Shown piece by piece: positions 1 through 8,602 of a stretch of DNA of 64,000 nt. The stretch comes from a virus: the IMG/VR virus record IMGVR_UViG_3300027972_000007, positions 1-64,000 of that record; one strand, written 5' to 3'. Made by a program: the position numbers and the translations under genes. The notes beneath the pieces were generated by a model. The model was not told where the DNA came from. It did no database searches and saw nothing but the letters and a program-made list of their open reading frames with translations. Each line of letters begins with the position of its first letter. The stretch's first letter is position 1.

Positions 1-6
1 AAGAAG

Positions 7-585
7 ATGAAGAAATTAACTTTAGATACTAAAGTTAAATTGGGTGATAAATTTATTGATAAATATAAAGGTTCGAAGAAAGAAGATAAACCATTAAAAA
101 AATCTATACTTAAAAAAGAAGAACAAATAGCACTACTGAAGAGAAGTGTTGAAAAGTGGAATGAATGGAGAAAAGAAAATATTAGTATAATTCCCGATCT
201 GCGGGGTGCTAATCTGCAGGGTGCTAATCTGCAGGGTGCTTATCTGCGAGATGCTTATCTGCTGTATGCTAAACTGCAGGGTGCTAATCTGCAGGGTGCT
301 AATCTGCGAGATGCTTATCTGCAGAGTGCTAATCTGCAGGGTGCTAATCTGCGGGGTGCTAATCTGCGGGGTGCTAATCTGCGGGATGCTGATCTGCGGA
401 ATGCTAATCTGCAGAATGCTAATCTGCAGCGTGCTAATCTGCGGTATGTCGATCTGCGGTATGTCGATCTGCGGTATGCCGATCTGCGGAATGCTGATCT
501 GCTGAATGCTGATCTGCAGAATGCTAATCTGCAGGATGTTAATCTGCAGAATGCTAATCTGCAGAATGCAAAAGGAATTAAATAA
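7..585 (+). CDS. Pentapeptide-repeat protein, probably 5'-truncated by the window edge
   Basis: Long tandem A[N/D/Y]L[R/Q]x repeats. Bases 1-127 are identical to 1432-1558, so the ORF likely starts upstream with the same N-terminus as 1285..1644. Confidence 0.85.
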   Translation: MKKLTLDTKVKLGDKFIDKYKGSKKEDKPLKKSILKKEEQIALLKRSVEKWNEWRKENISIIPDLRGANLQGANLQGAYLRDAYLLYAKLQGANLQGANLRDAYLQSANLQGANLRGANLRGANLRDADLRNANLQNANLQRANLRYVDLRYVDLRYADLRNADLLNADLQNANLQDVNLQNANLQNAKGIK

Positions 586-599
586 AAAGGAATCATAAC

Positions 600-1271
600 A
601 TGGATAATAGAGTCAATTTAATCTTCGAAGATATAGACTTCAAAGATTTAGAAATTATTACTGAAGTAACTCAAGAAAAGAAAAAAGTCTATAAAATTAA
701 AGGGCCATATATTCGTTCTGAAATTAAAAATAAGAATGGTAGAACGTATGGTAAAATGATAGTTGAGCGTGAAGTATCTAAATTGAATAAAGAAAAAATT
801 GAGGAAAATAGGTGTTGGGGGAATTTAGATCATCCACCATCTCCAGTTGTTTCTTTAAAAGATGCATCTCATATTATTAGAGAATTGAAAATGTATGATA
901 AAGATGCTGTCGGTTTATCTGAAATATTAGATACACCGATGGGCAGAATAGCTTCTACTTGTATAGAAGCTGGACAGGTTATGATGTCCAGTAGAGGTTT
1001 AGGTAAAGTATTATCTGATGGTAATGTTAAAGAGAATTGGAATTTGATTACGGTCGATATCGTATCCGATGGTTCAACTCCTGGAAGCTATGGAAAATTA
1101 GTAGAAGGTATTTTAGAAAATGTTGAATTTATTATTGGAGATGATAATCAAGTTGTTGAAACAGCTATAGAAAATTTACAGAAGAAAGTTGATGATAATT
1201 ATAATGATTCTTTTTTGAAGTGTTTATATTTTCAAGAATTTTTAAAGGAAGTAAGAAAGAATATTAAATAA
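600..1271 (+). CDS. gp21: Prohead protease, T4 gp21-like
   Basis: NKNGRTY, LDHP, SHII, LDTPMGRI, SSRGLG and DIVSD motifs; lies upstream of scaffold and capsid genes. Confidence 0.93.
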   Translation: MDNRVNLIFEDIDFKDLEIITEVTQEKKKVYKIKGPYIRSEIKNKNGRTYGKMIVEREVSKLNKEKIEENRCWGNLDHPPSPVVSLKDASHIIRELKMYDKDAVGLSEILDTPMGRIASTCIEAGQVMMSSRGLGKVLSDGNVKENWNLITVDIVSDGSTPGSYGKLVEGILENVEFIIGDDNQVVETAIENLQKKVDDNYNDSFLKCLYFQEFLKEVRKNIK

Positions 1272-1284
1272 AAAGGATTTAAAA

Positions 1285-1644
1285 ATGGCTAAATATAAAG
1301 AGTATTTAGAAAGCGTATTGAATGAGACAAAAGAATCAAGAGAACTAATGAAGAAGCAGAATCTTACTTATGCAGGATATGGAGTATATAAAGACAAACA
1401 GGGTAACAAGTTTGAGTATGATTCTAATCTGAAGAAGATGAAGAAATTAACTTTAGATACTAAAGTTAAATTGGGTGATAAATTTATTGATAAATATAAA
1501 GGTTCGAAGAAAGAAGATAAACCATTAAAAAAATCTATACTTAAAAAAGAAGAACAAAAGAAAAGTGTTGCAGATTGGGATGAATGGAGAAACGCAGGCG
1601 CTGGGAGGTATGGATATGCTGGAGAGAAAAGAATCCTGAAGTAA
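1285..1644 (+). CDS. Putative internal head protein with CTS-like leader; C-terminally degenerate paralogue of 7..585
   Basis: Starts MAKYKEYLESVLNE; 127-bp identity with the window start. Confidence 0.7.
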   Translation: MAKYKEYLESVLNETKESRELMKKQNLTYAGYGVYKDKQGNKFEYDSNLKKMKKLTLDTKVKLGDKFIDKYKGSKKEDKPLKKSILKKEEQKKSVADWDEWRNAGAGRYGYAGEKRILK

Positions 1645-1747
1645 TTTCAGATCTTTCTTATGCAAATCTTCGTGACTGCAAAAGGAATTAAATAACTCTT
1701 TAATTTTTATAGTAATAAATTAAATGAGAATTTTTAGCAATATCTTT

Positions 1748-1755
1748 TATAAATA
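1748..1755 (+). promoter_or_regulatory. T4-type late promoter TATAAATA (usually extended to TATAAATAATTAAAA). Further copies at 10765, 11234, 18372, 21621, 22849, 38186, 56214, 56619, 56681, 59685; variants at 23109, 47549, 56941
   Basis: Exact T4 gp55-dependent late consensus. Most copies lie shortly upstream of an SD and start codon. Confidence 0.85.
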
Positions 1756-1781
1756 ATTAAAAATAAAGAAGTGGAGGTATT

Positions 1782-2582
1782 ATGAAGATAAGTGATATAT
1801 TAACCAAGTTAGGTCTTAAACCTGAAGACCAAAAGTTGATTGAAGAGTCCATTCAGGCTCTTATTGATGAACGTGTTCTTTTGAAAGAAGAAGAGTTAAA
1901 AACTTCTTATGATACTCTGTTATCTGAGACATTAGAAAAAGAAGTCGAAGAAAAAGTTGAGGAAATTAAAACTCAATTAGTCGAAGCTTCCGAAAAATGG
2001 CAAGAGGATTATGAGAAAGAAATAACTGATCAGCTTGACGGTTTTATTGATGCGGAAATAGAAAAGAATATTTCTGATGAAGCATTAGATAAGATTGCAA
2101 TTAATGAAGTAGCTCTTCCAATTGTCGAAGGTATTAAGAAATTATATGAGGAAAATCATATTGAACTTAATGCTGACGGTTCTGCTAAAGTAAAAGAATT
2201 AAGTGAAAAAGTTGAGAAATTAACTTCTGATCTTAATGAAAGCATTAGCAAGAATATTGAATTGGAAAATATTTCTGAAAAAGCTGCCGTAAAACTTCGT
2301 ATTAATGAAGTTTGTGATGGATTAGATGACGAGTTAGTAGAACAGGTAAAACTAAATTTTTCTGAAAAGTCTTTTGCTGATGTAGATGCAAAAATTGACA
2401 ATTATATTGAAATGATTGTCGAAGAGAAGACTAATAAGGAAAATAAAGTTGGTAGCGAAGATAAGCCATTAAACGAATCTAAAAAGCTCGAATCTGATGA
2501 AAATGTATCTCCAGATAAGGCGAAAGAAATTGTGCTGACTGGCGACGCAAAAGTATTAGATAAAGCAATGAGGTATTTTTAA
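1782..2582 (+). CDS. gp22: Prohead core scaffold protein, gp22-like
   Basis: Acidic coiled-coil protein between gp21 and gp23, with many I/L-x-E cleavage-type sites. Confidence 0.85.
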   Translation: MKISDILTKLGLKPEDQKLIEESIQALIDERVLLKEEELKTSYDTLLSETLEKEVEEKVEEIKTQLVEASEKWQEDYEKEITDQLDGFIDAEIEKNISDEALDKIAINEVALPIVEGIKKLYEENHIELNADGSAKVKELSEKVEKLTSDLNESISKNIELENISEKAAVKLRINEVCDGLDDELVEQVKLNFSEKSFADVDAKIDNYIEMIVEEKTNKENKVGSEDKPLNESKKLESDENVSPDKAKEIVLTGDAKVLDKAMRYF

Positions 2583-2646
2583 TTAACTAAATTTTATAAT
2601 TTGATTTGAAAGAGGTTTATATGCAAAAAAGAAATGAAGGAGGATA

Positions 2647-3984
2647 GTGTATATGATAGCAAGACCGAGAGCCGAACTTATTAAGAAGTGGTCAGAGTTG
2701 AAAGATAAAAACGGCAATCTTTCTCCTTTTTCCGTAGCTGATATTAAAGATCACTACGTGAAAGGTAATGTAGCTCAACTACTTGAAAACACAATGACCG
2801 ATTATGGTTTGATTGAAGAAGATATAAATATGTTGCTTGAGGCTTCTCAGGCAGATACAACTTTATCGAACGTTGGCGGAAAAATTGATGGCAGTGCAGA
2901 TGCGGCGGCTTATAAATGGCAGCCGATAGTATTAGCACTTGTTCGTAGGGCTATGCCTGAATTGTTTGCTCATAAAGTTGTTGGTGTGCAGTCAATGAAT
3001 GCGCCCGTTGGTTTGGCGTATGCAATTAGGAAGATTTATACTTCCGGTAATACAGAAGAGAATGAGGCAGGATGGGAAGCGCCCGATTATTTTGGTGGAT
3101 ATACTGGTAATCAGTCTCAAACATCTGGTGTTCTTTCTCAGGAACAGAGCGGTATTTATGATACATCTGCTGCTGGTATTGCTGCAACATCCGCAGAAAC
3201 TTGGACTATTGGACCTTCAGGAACTTGGCCACAGTTGAAGATTAAGATCGATAAGAAAACTATCGAGGCTGTTTCAAGAAAATTAGCAACAAGTTATTCG
3301 CTTGAGTCCGCACAAGATTTAAAAGCGATGCTTGGTGTTGAGATTGAAAGAGAAATGGTAGATTTTATTCAGTATGAGCTTGTTGCTGAGTTAGACAGAG
3401 AGTTAGTATACAGGATTAAAAAGGCAGCGACTACTGCAAGTCTTGGTGGAGAGGTACTTTCGAGTATTGACTGTTCAGGAACTGCATTAGACGGACGTTG
3501 GTCACAAGAGAAGTTTAGCAATATAATTAATGCTATTATACAGCAATCTAATAGAATTGCTACTTTGACTCGTCAAGGTGCTGGAAACTTTGCAATTGTG
3601 TCTCCTGCGATAGCTACTGTTTTACAGGGTGCCCCAACTCAGTGGTTCAATAAGAATACATCTGATGTTGATGTGCAAAAAGCAGGTATTGCTGATATTG
3701 GTAGTATTAATGGAAATTCAATAAAGATTTATAGGGATTCTTATGCGAGAGTTTCTTATGCGTTGGTTGGATATAAAGGTCCAACTCCTAAAGAAGCTGG
3801 AGTTATATATTGTCCTTATTTACTTGGATTGACACAGAGAGCAATTGATCCGAGTGATTTCAGTCCGAGAATTGGAACCATTATGCGGTATGCGATTGTT
3901 GATAATATGCTTGGCAGCGGTCGTTACTACAGACTGTTGCATTTCTCGAATATTGGTCAGATCGTACCGGGTGCAACTATATAA
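2647..3984 (+). CDS. gp23: Major capsid protein, gp23-like
   Basis: LVRRAMPEL...GVQSMNAPVG, SRKL...YSLESAQDLKA, YCPY and FSPRIG...RYA motifs of T4-like MCPs. Confidence 0.96.
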   Translation: MYMIARPRAELIKKWSELKDKNGNLSPFSVADIKDHYVKGNVAQLLENTMTDYGLIEEDINMLLEASQADTTLSNVGGKIDGSADAAAYKWQPIVLALVRRAMPELFAHKVVGVQSMNAPVGLAYAIRKIYTSGNTEENEAGWEAPDYFGGYTGNQSQTSGVLSQEQSGIYDTSAAGIAATSAETWTIGPSGTWPQLKIKIDKKTIEAVSRKLATSYSLESAQDLKAMLGVEIEREMVDFIQYELVAELDRELVYRIKKAATTASLGGEVLSSIDCSGTALDGRWSQEKFSNIINAIIQQSNRIATLTRQGAGNFAIVSPAIATVLQGAPTQWFNKNTSDVDVQKAGIADIGSINGNSIKIYRDSYARVSYALVGYKGPTPKEAGVIYCPYLLGLTQRAIDPSDFSPRIGTIMRYAIVDNMLGSGRYYRLLHFSNIGQIVPGATI

Positions 3985-4011
3985 TTGATAATTGAAATTC
4001 TTTAAATAAAG

Positions 4012-4047
4012 AAAAAGAACTTGGAAGAAATTTTAAGTTCTTTTTTT
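4012..4047. terminator. Intrinsic terminator after the capsid gene, likely bidirectional
   Basis: AAAAAGAACTT...AAGTTCTTTTTTT inverted repeat between convergent blocks. Confidence 0.75.
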
Positions 4048-4081
4048 GTTTTTACCTTGATTTAATCACCCTTTAAAGGCA

Positions 4082-4143
4082 TTAGAATTGAGGATAATTT
4101 TTAGTATACTTTGATATTACTTTTCGTTTATTCTTAATTGTAG
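4082..4143. repeat. 62-bp imperfect palindromic intergenic element, copy 1
   Basis: TTAGAATTGAGGATAATT + 26-bp core + degenerate inverted arm; related copies at 10662, 31374 and 52654. Confidence 0.85.
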
Positions 4144-4232
4144 GCAATGTAATAGCGTTTAATTGGGTTATTTTAATAAAAAAGGACTCAAAAATGATTT
4201 CGAGTCCTTTTTCACTTCTTATTCTGCAGTTT

Positions 4233-4490
4233 TTACCTTTTCTTATTCTTCGGCTTTGCTTTTTCTTCTTTTGCAGCATCTGGGATCTGTTCTTTCTTTG
4301 CCTTCTTCTTTCTTTCTGCAGATTTTTCCAACTCTTCATTGTGCTCGCCCATCCACGAAGAAACTGCAGTACCAGCATCTTCAAATGTAGCATATCTCTT
4401 ATCCCATACTTCTCTCACGTTACCTTTCTTAATCAAAGTAACTTTAATTCCGTCCTTCTTCTTCGACAATGCAACTAATAGTGTAGACAT
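4233..4490 (-). CDS. Small basic hypothetical protein
   Basis: ORF with AGGAG SD; Lys-rich C-terminus. Confidence 0.6.
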   Translation of the reverse strand: MSTLLVALSKKKDGIKVTLIKKGNVREVWDKRYATFEDAGTAVSSWMGEHNEELEKSAERKKKAKKEQIPDAAKEEKAKPKNKKR

Positions 4491-4551
4491 ACAGAAACTC
4501 CTTTAAAAATTGTTTATGAAAAATTACAATAATGATTTATTATTGTTTTGA

Positions 4552-4740
4552 TTATTCTATTTCAACGTAATTTGAACATAAGCATAAAACAGTGTCATAA
4601 CTTTCTGAATTGAAAGCTTTTGCAGTGAATTCAGATGCTTCTTTTGTCATGCCTTCCTTTTTGAGAGTTTTTGATACTATGCCAATAATGTTAAAAACAT
4701 TACCATCTTTGCCAATCAATTTGCATTTTGGTTTATTCAT
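4552..4740 (-). CDS. Conserved phage hypothetical protein (L.G.DGN.F.I motif)
   Basis: Motif typical of small phage proteins; SD present. Confidence 0.6.
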   Translation of the reverse strand: MNKPKCKLIGKDGNVFNIIGIVSKTLKKEGMTKEASEFTAKAFNSESYDTVLCLCSNYVEIE

Positions 4741-4752
4741 CTTTCATTCCTT

Positions 4753-5304
4753 TTATTTTAATATTTCTGTGTAATCTTTTTTAGGTTTAATTTGCCATTC
4801 TACGATATCCGTATATTTTTTGTTTCCATCTTCAATAATAATTTTATCTGATGTAGACGGTAATGATTTTAATTGTTTTGTTAATAGATGAATTGCAATA
4901 ACCATAAATTCATAATCGTGAGCGGCCATTTCTATTTTATCATTTTTTTCATATAAATTTGCTATTGGATTATTGCAAAATAAATGCCAACACGAATGAT
5001 TTATTGCGTTTAATCTCCAGCAATTTTCTATTGCAAATGTTGATAATAAGAAAAAATTTTGTATTCCAATTTCATCTGTTGGAGTAAAAAAATGTACGTA
5101 TGCTTGATTTAGTGTGTGACTTTTTGGTTCTTCTTCGTCTTCATTATCATAAGGAAAACCACAGCAAGAAAATTTTGTTTTTAGACCTATTCTATTTAAT
5201 TCAATTACGAGAGGTCTTATAGGTCTGTCAATTGATTCCAATATTGTTTTATTAGTATTATTTATTTTGTTTAATCTGTCAGTATATTCTTTATTTGTTG
5301 CCAT
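4753..5304 (-). CDS. Hypothetical protein with a TYW3-like N-terminal motif
   Basis: ID..I..LV..LN..G..T..SCCG pattern. Confidence 0.45.
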   Translation of the reverse strand: MATNKEYTDRLNKINNTNKTILESIDRPIRPLVIELNRIGLKTKFSCCGFPYDNEDEEEPKSHTLNQAYVHFFTPTDEIGIQNFFLLSTFAIENCWRLNAINHSCWHLFCNNPIANLYEKNDKIEMAAHDYEFMVIAIHLLTKQLKSLPSTSDKIIIEDGNKKYTDIVEWQIKPKKDYTEILK

Positions 5305-5305
5305 G

Positions 5306-5515
5306 TTAATTTATTTCTCCAATCATTTGAATTCCTAAAGTAGTTGGAATCCAGATATTTTTGTTATTCTTTTTTATTAAATCTCTTTTTGATAAAGAGA
5401 TCGCAGATTTTAGAGAAACACATTTATTTCCTTGAAACTTTTTATAACATACTCGACAACGAATTAAATCGAGCATTGTTCCTACTGGTAGTGTTTCTAA
5501 TAAATCGAATTTCAT
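5306..5515 (-). CDS. Small hypothetical protein, possible winged helix
   Basis: Start revised to MKFDLL; ends W.PT.LG. Confidence 0.5.
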   Translation of the reverse strand: MKFDLLETLPVGTMLDLIRCRVCYKKFQGNKCVSLKSAISLSKRDLIKKNNKNIWIPTTLGIQMIGEIN

Positions 5516-5517
5516 TT

Positions 5518-5715
5518 TTATTCTTTTCTGAATGTTGTTTCCATCGGGAAACATGCAGGAATTTCCATTTCAATAAGTTGATCGCAGTATACTGTATGCC
5601 CAGGAACACACCATTCATCTGCCGGCGAATCGAAATCTTCAGTGAATGTGATAGTTTCTTCGTTTAATTCCCCATTCGACGGGCTTGTCCCGATAAATCT
5701 TAAAATCTTTCTCAT
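5518..5715 (-). CDS. Hypothetical early protein
   Basis: Start revised to MRKILRF, which follows AGGAG and an early promoter. Confidence 0.6.
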   Translation of the reverse strand: MRKILRFIGTSPSNGELNEETITFTEDFDSPADEWCVPGHTVYCDQLIEMEIPACFPMETTFRKE

Positions 5716-5734
5716 ACTGTTCTCCTGTTTATTG

Positions 5735-5784
5735 TTTATTTTCTTTCTTATTATAATATATATTATAGTAACAATAAAAGTCAA
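5735..5784 (-). promoter_or_regulatory. Early sigma70-type promoter cassette TTGACT-N17/18-TATATT. Other copies: minus strand with -35 at 6937-6942, 7587-7592, 10595-10600; plus strand at 50519, 61355, 61628. TTGTTT variants at 52706 and 56640
   Basis: Highly similar repeated sequence containing an exact or near TTATAATATATATTATAA palindrome, followed by a shared A-rich leader and SD. Confidence 0.85.
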
Positions 5785-5797
5785 GGATTATTTTAAA

Positions 5798-6121
5798 TTA
5801 TTTTTGATTTAATTTTCTACCCATTTCATAAGCAGTTTTAGCAATCTCGAAAACATTTAATTGATGAACGTAATTAAAATTTCCGTCATTATTCGATGGT
5901 CGATATTCAGTTTTTTCGTGAATCATATCAAGTATTTCTTTTGGTGCATTACATTTTAATAAAAGTGAAGTTGAAATTTTTCTTCTGCCGTCATTACCAA
6001 AGTCACAATCACCAAAATCGACATACGCTTCGCTGTTAGTTTCATATTTTTCAAATATACCATATAATTGTAAGTTTTTATGATACACGGGATCGCCAGT
6101 GTTAAATATTTTTTCGTTCAT
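5798..6121 (-). CDS. Hypothetical protein, SH3/KOW-like N-terminus
   Basis: F..GD.V.H....YG pattern. Confidence 0.55.
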   Translation of the reverse strand: MNEKIFNTGDPVYHKNLQLYGIFEKYETNSEAYVDFGDCDFGNDGRRKISTSLLLKCNAPKEILDMIHEKTEYRPSNNDGNFNYVHQLNVFEIAKTAYEMGRKLNQK

Positions 6122-6460
6122 ATTTTTCCTTTTTAATAGTTATATTTTTCCAACATCTTTTACATTCGAAATATTCGCCATCAAACCAGGGACGGTAATA
6201 AATCATATTATGCCCGAAAATTTTGCATATTATTTTTTTTATGCTATAAAATTTTGGTTGAATCTTTTTCATACCTTCAATACCTTTTCTCCGGCTTGAG
6301 GAAGAATGTTGGCATCGGCTTCAAAAAAAGTAGAAAATTCTTTTGCTTCATGACGTTCTTTTGTCCATACAAACATCAGATCCTTTTTATTCGGGTCTTT
6401 TGAAATCGAAAGAAAACCTTTCGTTTCATGAAAAACGACATATTTTTTTGATGGCATAAA

Positions 6461-6883
6461 CTACTCCTCATTCGTTTGATTGGTTATATGGTCAATGTAT
6501 TTATTTAATTTTTCATCTTCCTTTTGGGTCAATGAATTAGATGTGGGTTTGTTGTGTTTATAAATTGTTACTCTCGGCGGATAAATTCCAACTTTAACTA
6601 ATATATGTCCGATAGGAATTTCACATTTCCCATGCGCTTCAACAGCTAAATGATGATTCATTCCAGAATTTTGCCAAGAAAATTCTGTCGGTGCTGCATT
6701 ATCGTTTTCAAGTTTGAACATTTTAAAGTATTCTCTGTCTGCTTCATGCCAAGGAATGCCATCACCAATATCACAGATGCCTGAATCATTTAGTGTGTAT
6801 TTTCTGGACGATTTTTTGAGTATCGAAAATACCCATTCTTTAACTACTATAGGAATTAACGTTGAAGATATTTTTTGATTCAT
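6461..6883 (-). CDS. Hypothetical early protein
   Basis: ORF directly after an early promoter and GGAGG SD. Confidence 0.6.
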   Translation of the reverse strand: MNQKISSTLIPIVVKEWVFSILKKSSRKYTLNDSGICDIGDGIPWHEADREYFKMFKLENDNAAPTEFSWQNSGMNHHLAVEAHGKCEIPIGHILVKVGIYPPRVTIYKHNKPTSNSLTQKEDEKLNKYIDHITNQTNEE

Positions 6884-6945
6884 ACTGCCCTCCTGTTTAT
6901 TTTCTTTATTATAATATATATTAAAGTAAAATAAAAAGTCAAGGA

Positions 6946-7527
6946 TTATCTTTTAATTGTTGGTTTTTTATCTAATTCAAATTCTCTTATTATTGTAGCA
7001 ATTTCTGCCATTTTATTTTGAATTGGTCTTGTATGTAAATAAATATTTGCTTTCGTGTTTCCTTCTTTAAGATTCATTAATGTATAAAGAATTTGATATT
7101 CAAGTTCAACTACTTTATAATAATCTTTAAACCAATTTATAACTGATGCAGTATCTTTTTGGTGATTTTCAAGTAAAAAATTTCCGTAAGCTTTTTTATT
7201 TCTCATATCCATACCTGATTCCCTCATACGTTTGAAAAGCTTATCTTTATAAAGAACTTTATTAAGATTGGCAGTGTCTTTTGTAAGTGAATCTATTTTT
7301 TGATTTTCTACGTAGATTAACTTTTGTATCTCATCCTTTTTCATATTTGCTAATTCAATTTCGCCAATTCTTAAAGAATCCGACAAAATTGAATCTTGAA
7401 TTTTCTTTTCTGCTAATTCTTTTTTCTCCTTTTCAAAATTTTCAAACAACATTGCTTCTGAATCGGATAATTGGCAAAATGCCGTGATACAGATAATTAG
7501 AACTGTTAAAAGTGATTTGTAGTACAT
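6946..7527 (-). CDS. Secreted or lipoprotein-like hypothetical protein
   Basis: N-terminal hydrophobic signal; follows an early promoter. Confidence 0.55.
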   Translation of the reverse strand: MYYKSLLTVLIICITAFCQLSDSEAMLFENFEKEKKELAEKKIQDSILSDSLRIGEIELANMKKDEIQKLIYVENQKIDSLTKDTANLNKVLYKDKLFKRMRESGMDMRNKKAYGNFLLENHQKDTASVINWFKDYYKVVELEYQILYTLMNLKEGNTKANIYLHTRPIQNKMAEIATIIREFELDKKPTIKR

Positions 7528-7609
7528 TTTAGACTCCTTTGTTTAAATTTACTCTTCTATTATAATATATATTATAATGCAGGAAAAGTCAAGATAAAAA
7601 TAAGATAAT

Positions 7610-8596
7610 TTAAAATTCCTTTATTAAAAATATTTTTCTTGTTTTTAATTTTTCTATTATTAATCTATGTTTTTTCATTCTTTTGTTTATTTTTTCTAAA
7701 TCAGTATCTCTTTGAATTATTAGTTTTCCGGTTTTATCGAAATATCCATGTATATATTTTTTGATTGCTATTAATGATTTAGTTGAATAATCTTTATCTA
7801 TTACATAGTAATAACCAATGAAATCCTTTTTAATTGTATCGAGATTTATTATTGGATTTTTGTCGTTATTTATTGCGTTTTCATATATTGGTTTTGAATC
7901 TTCAATTCTTTTAATTCTTTCTTCTTCCCACTCTTTTGCTAATTTTTCATTTTCGATTTTTTCTAATCTTTCTTTTTCTGTTATATATGTATTCCATTCA
8001 TCTTCATTTTTGAAATTTGTTATAACTGGAAGCAGTTTCCATACTTCAGATTGATAAATTGCATTAATATTAATTTCGAGGCAGACAAATGTACCCATAA
8101 AACTATTTGATATAAAGCAGTTGAAATTGCCATAAAATTGACATGCATTTTTAATTGTTTCAATTTTTTCTTTATACTCTTTAACTATACTGACAGTTTT
8201 CTCTAAAGAATCAGTTAGTGTGTTTTTATATATGACATTTTTATCAAAAGAAAAATATCTTGGTTCGCTATTTCTTATTATTTTGGCAATATAATTCTTT
8301 TTTGCTCTATCTATTGCATCATATTTAATGCCAATAGATTTGTTTTTATTGTTGATAATATACTTATAACCGAGTATTCTTTCGGTTATTCTTCTTTCGG
8401 GTATTCCGTGCATAGTTATTTGGGTATGATATTTAAAAATAGGAAATTCGATTTTATCTAAATTTTCTGAAGTCATTCCTTCTTTTTCGATTGAATCAAT
8501 CAATTCTAACGGAATGATCATATCTGAAGCTCTATTGAGTTTGTTTTTGTGATCAACTTCGTATTTAATGTTGAATAATTCTTCTGTTTTGTTCAT
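7610..8596 (-). CDS. Hypothetical protein
   Basis: 328-aa ORF co-oriented with the helicase. Confidence 0.7.
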   Translation of the reverse strand: MNKTEELFNIKYEVDHKNKLNRASDMIIPLELIDSIEKEGMTSENLDKIEFPIFKYHTQITMHGIPERRITERILGYKYIINNKNKSIGIKYDAIDRAKKNYIAKIIRNSEPRYFSFDKNVIYKNTLTDSLEKTVSIVKEYKEKIETIKNACQFYGNFNCFISNSFMGTFVCLEININAIYQSEVWKLLPVITNFKNEDEWNTYITEKERLEKIENEKLAKEWEEERIKRIEDSKPIYENAINNDKNPIINLDTIKKDFIGYYYVIDKDYSTKSLIAIKKYIHGYFDKTGKLIIQRDTDLEKINKRMKKHRLIIEKLKTRKIFLIKEF

Positions 8597-8602
8597 TTAT
8601 TT

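Noticed and set aside
198-570. 15-bp tandem repeats as a CRISPR array or DGR template
   Set aside because: There are no unique spacers, the repeats are coding, and no reverse transcriptase or cas gene is in the window.
206-596. Alternative-frame and antisense ORFs (MLICRVLIC..., ...RLAFCR...), and likewise 55392..55712
   Set aside because: These are by-products of the stop-free 15-bp pentapeptide repeat.
4082-4478. Overlapping ORFs 4082..4393, 4163..4390 and 4194..4478
   Set aside because: They are shadows of the SD-supported 4233..4490 gene and the intergenic repeat.
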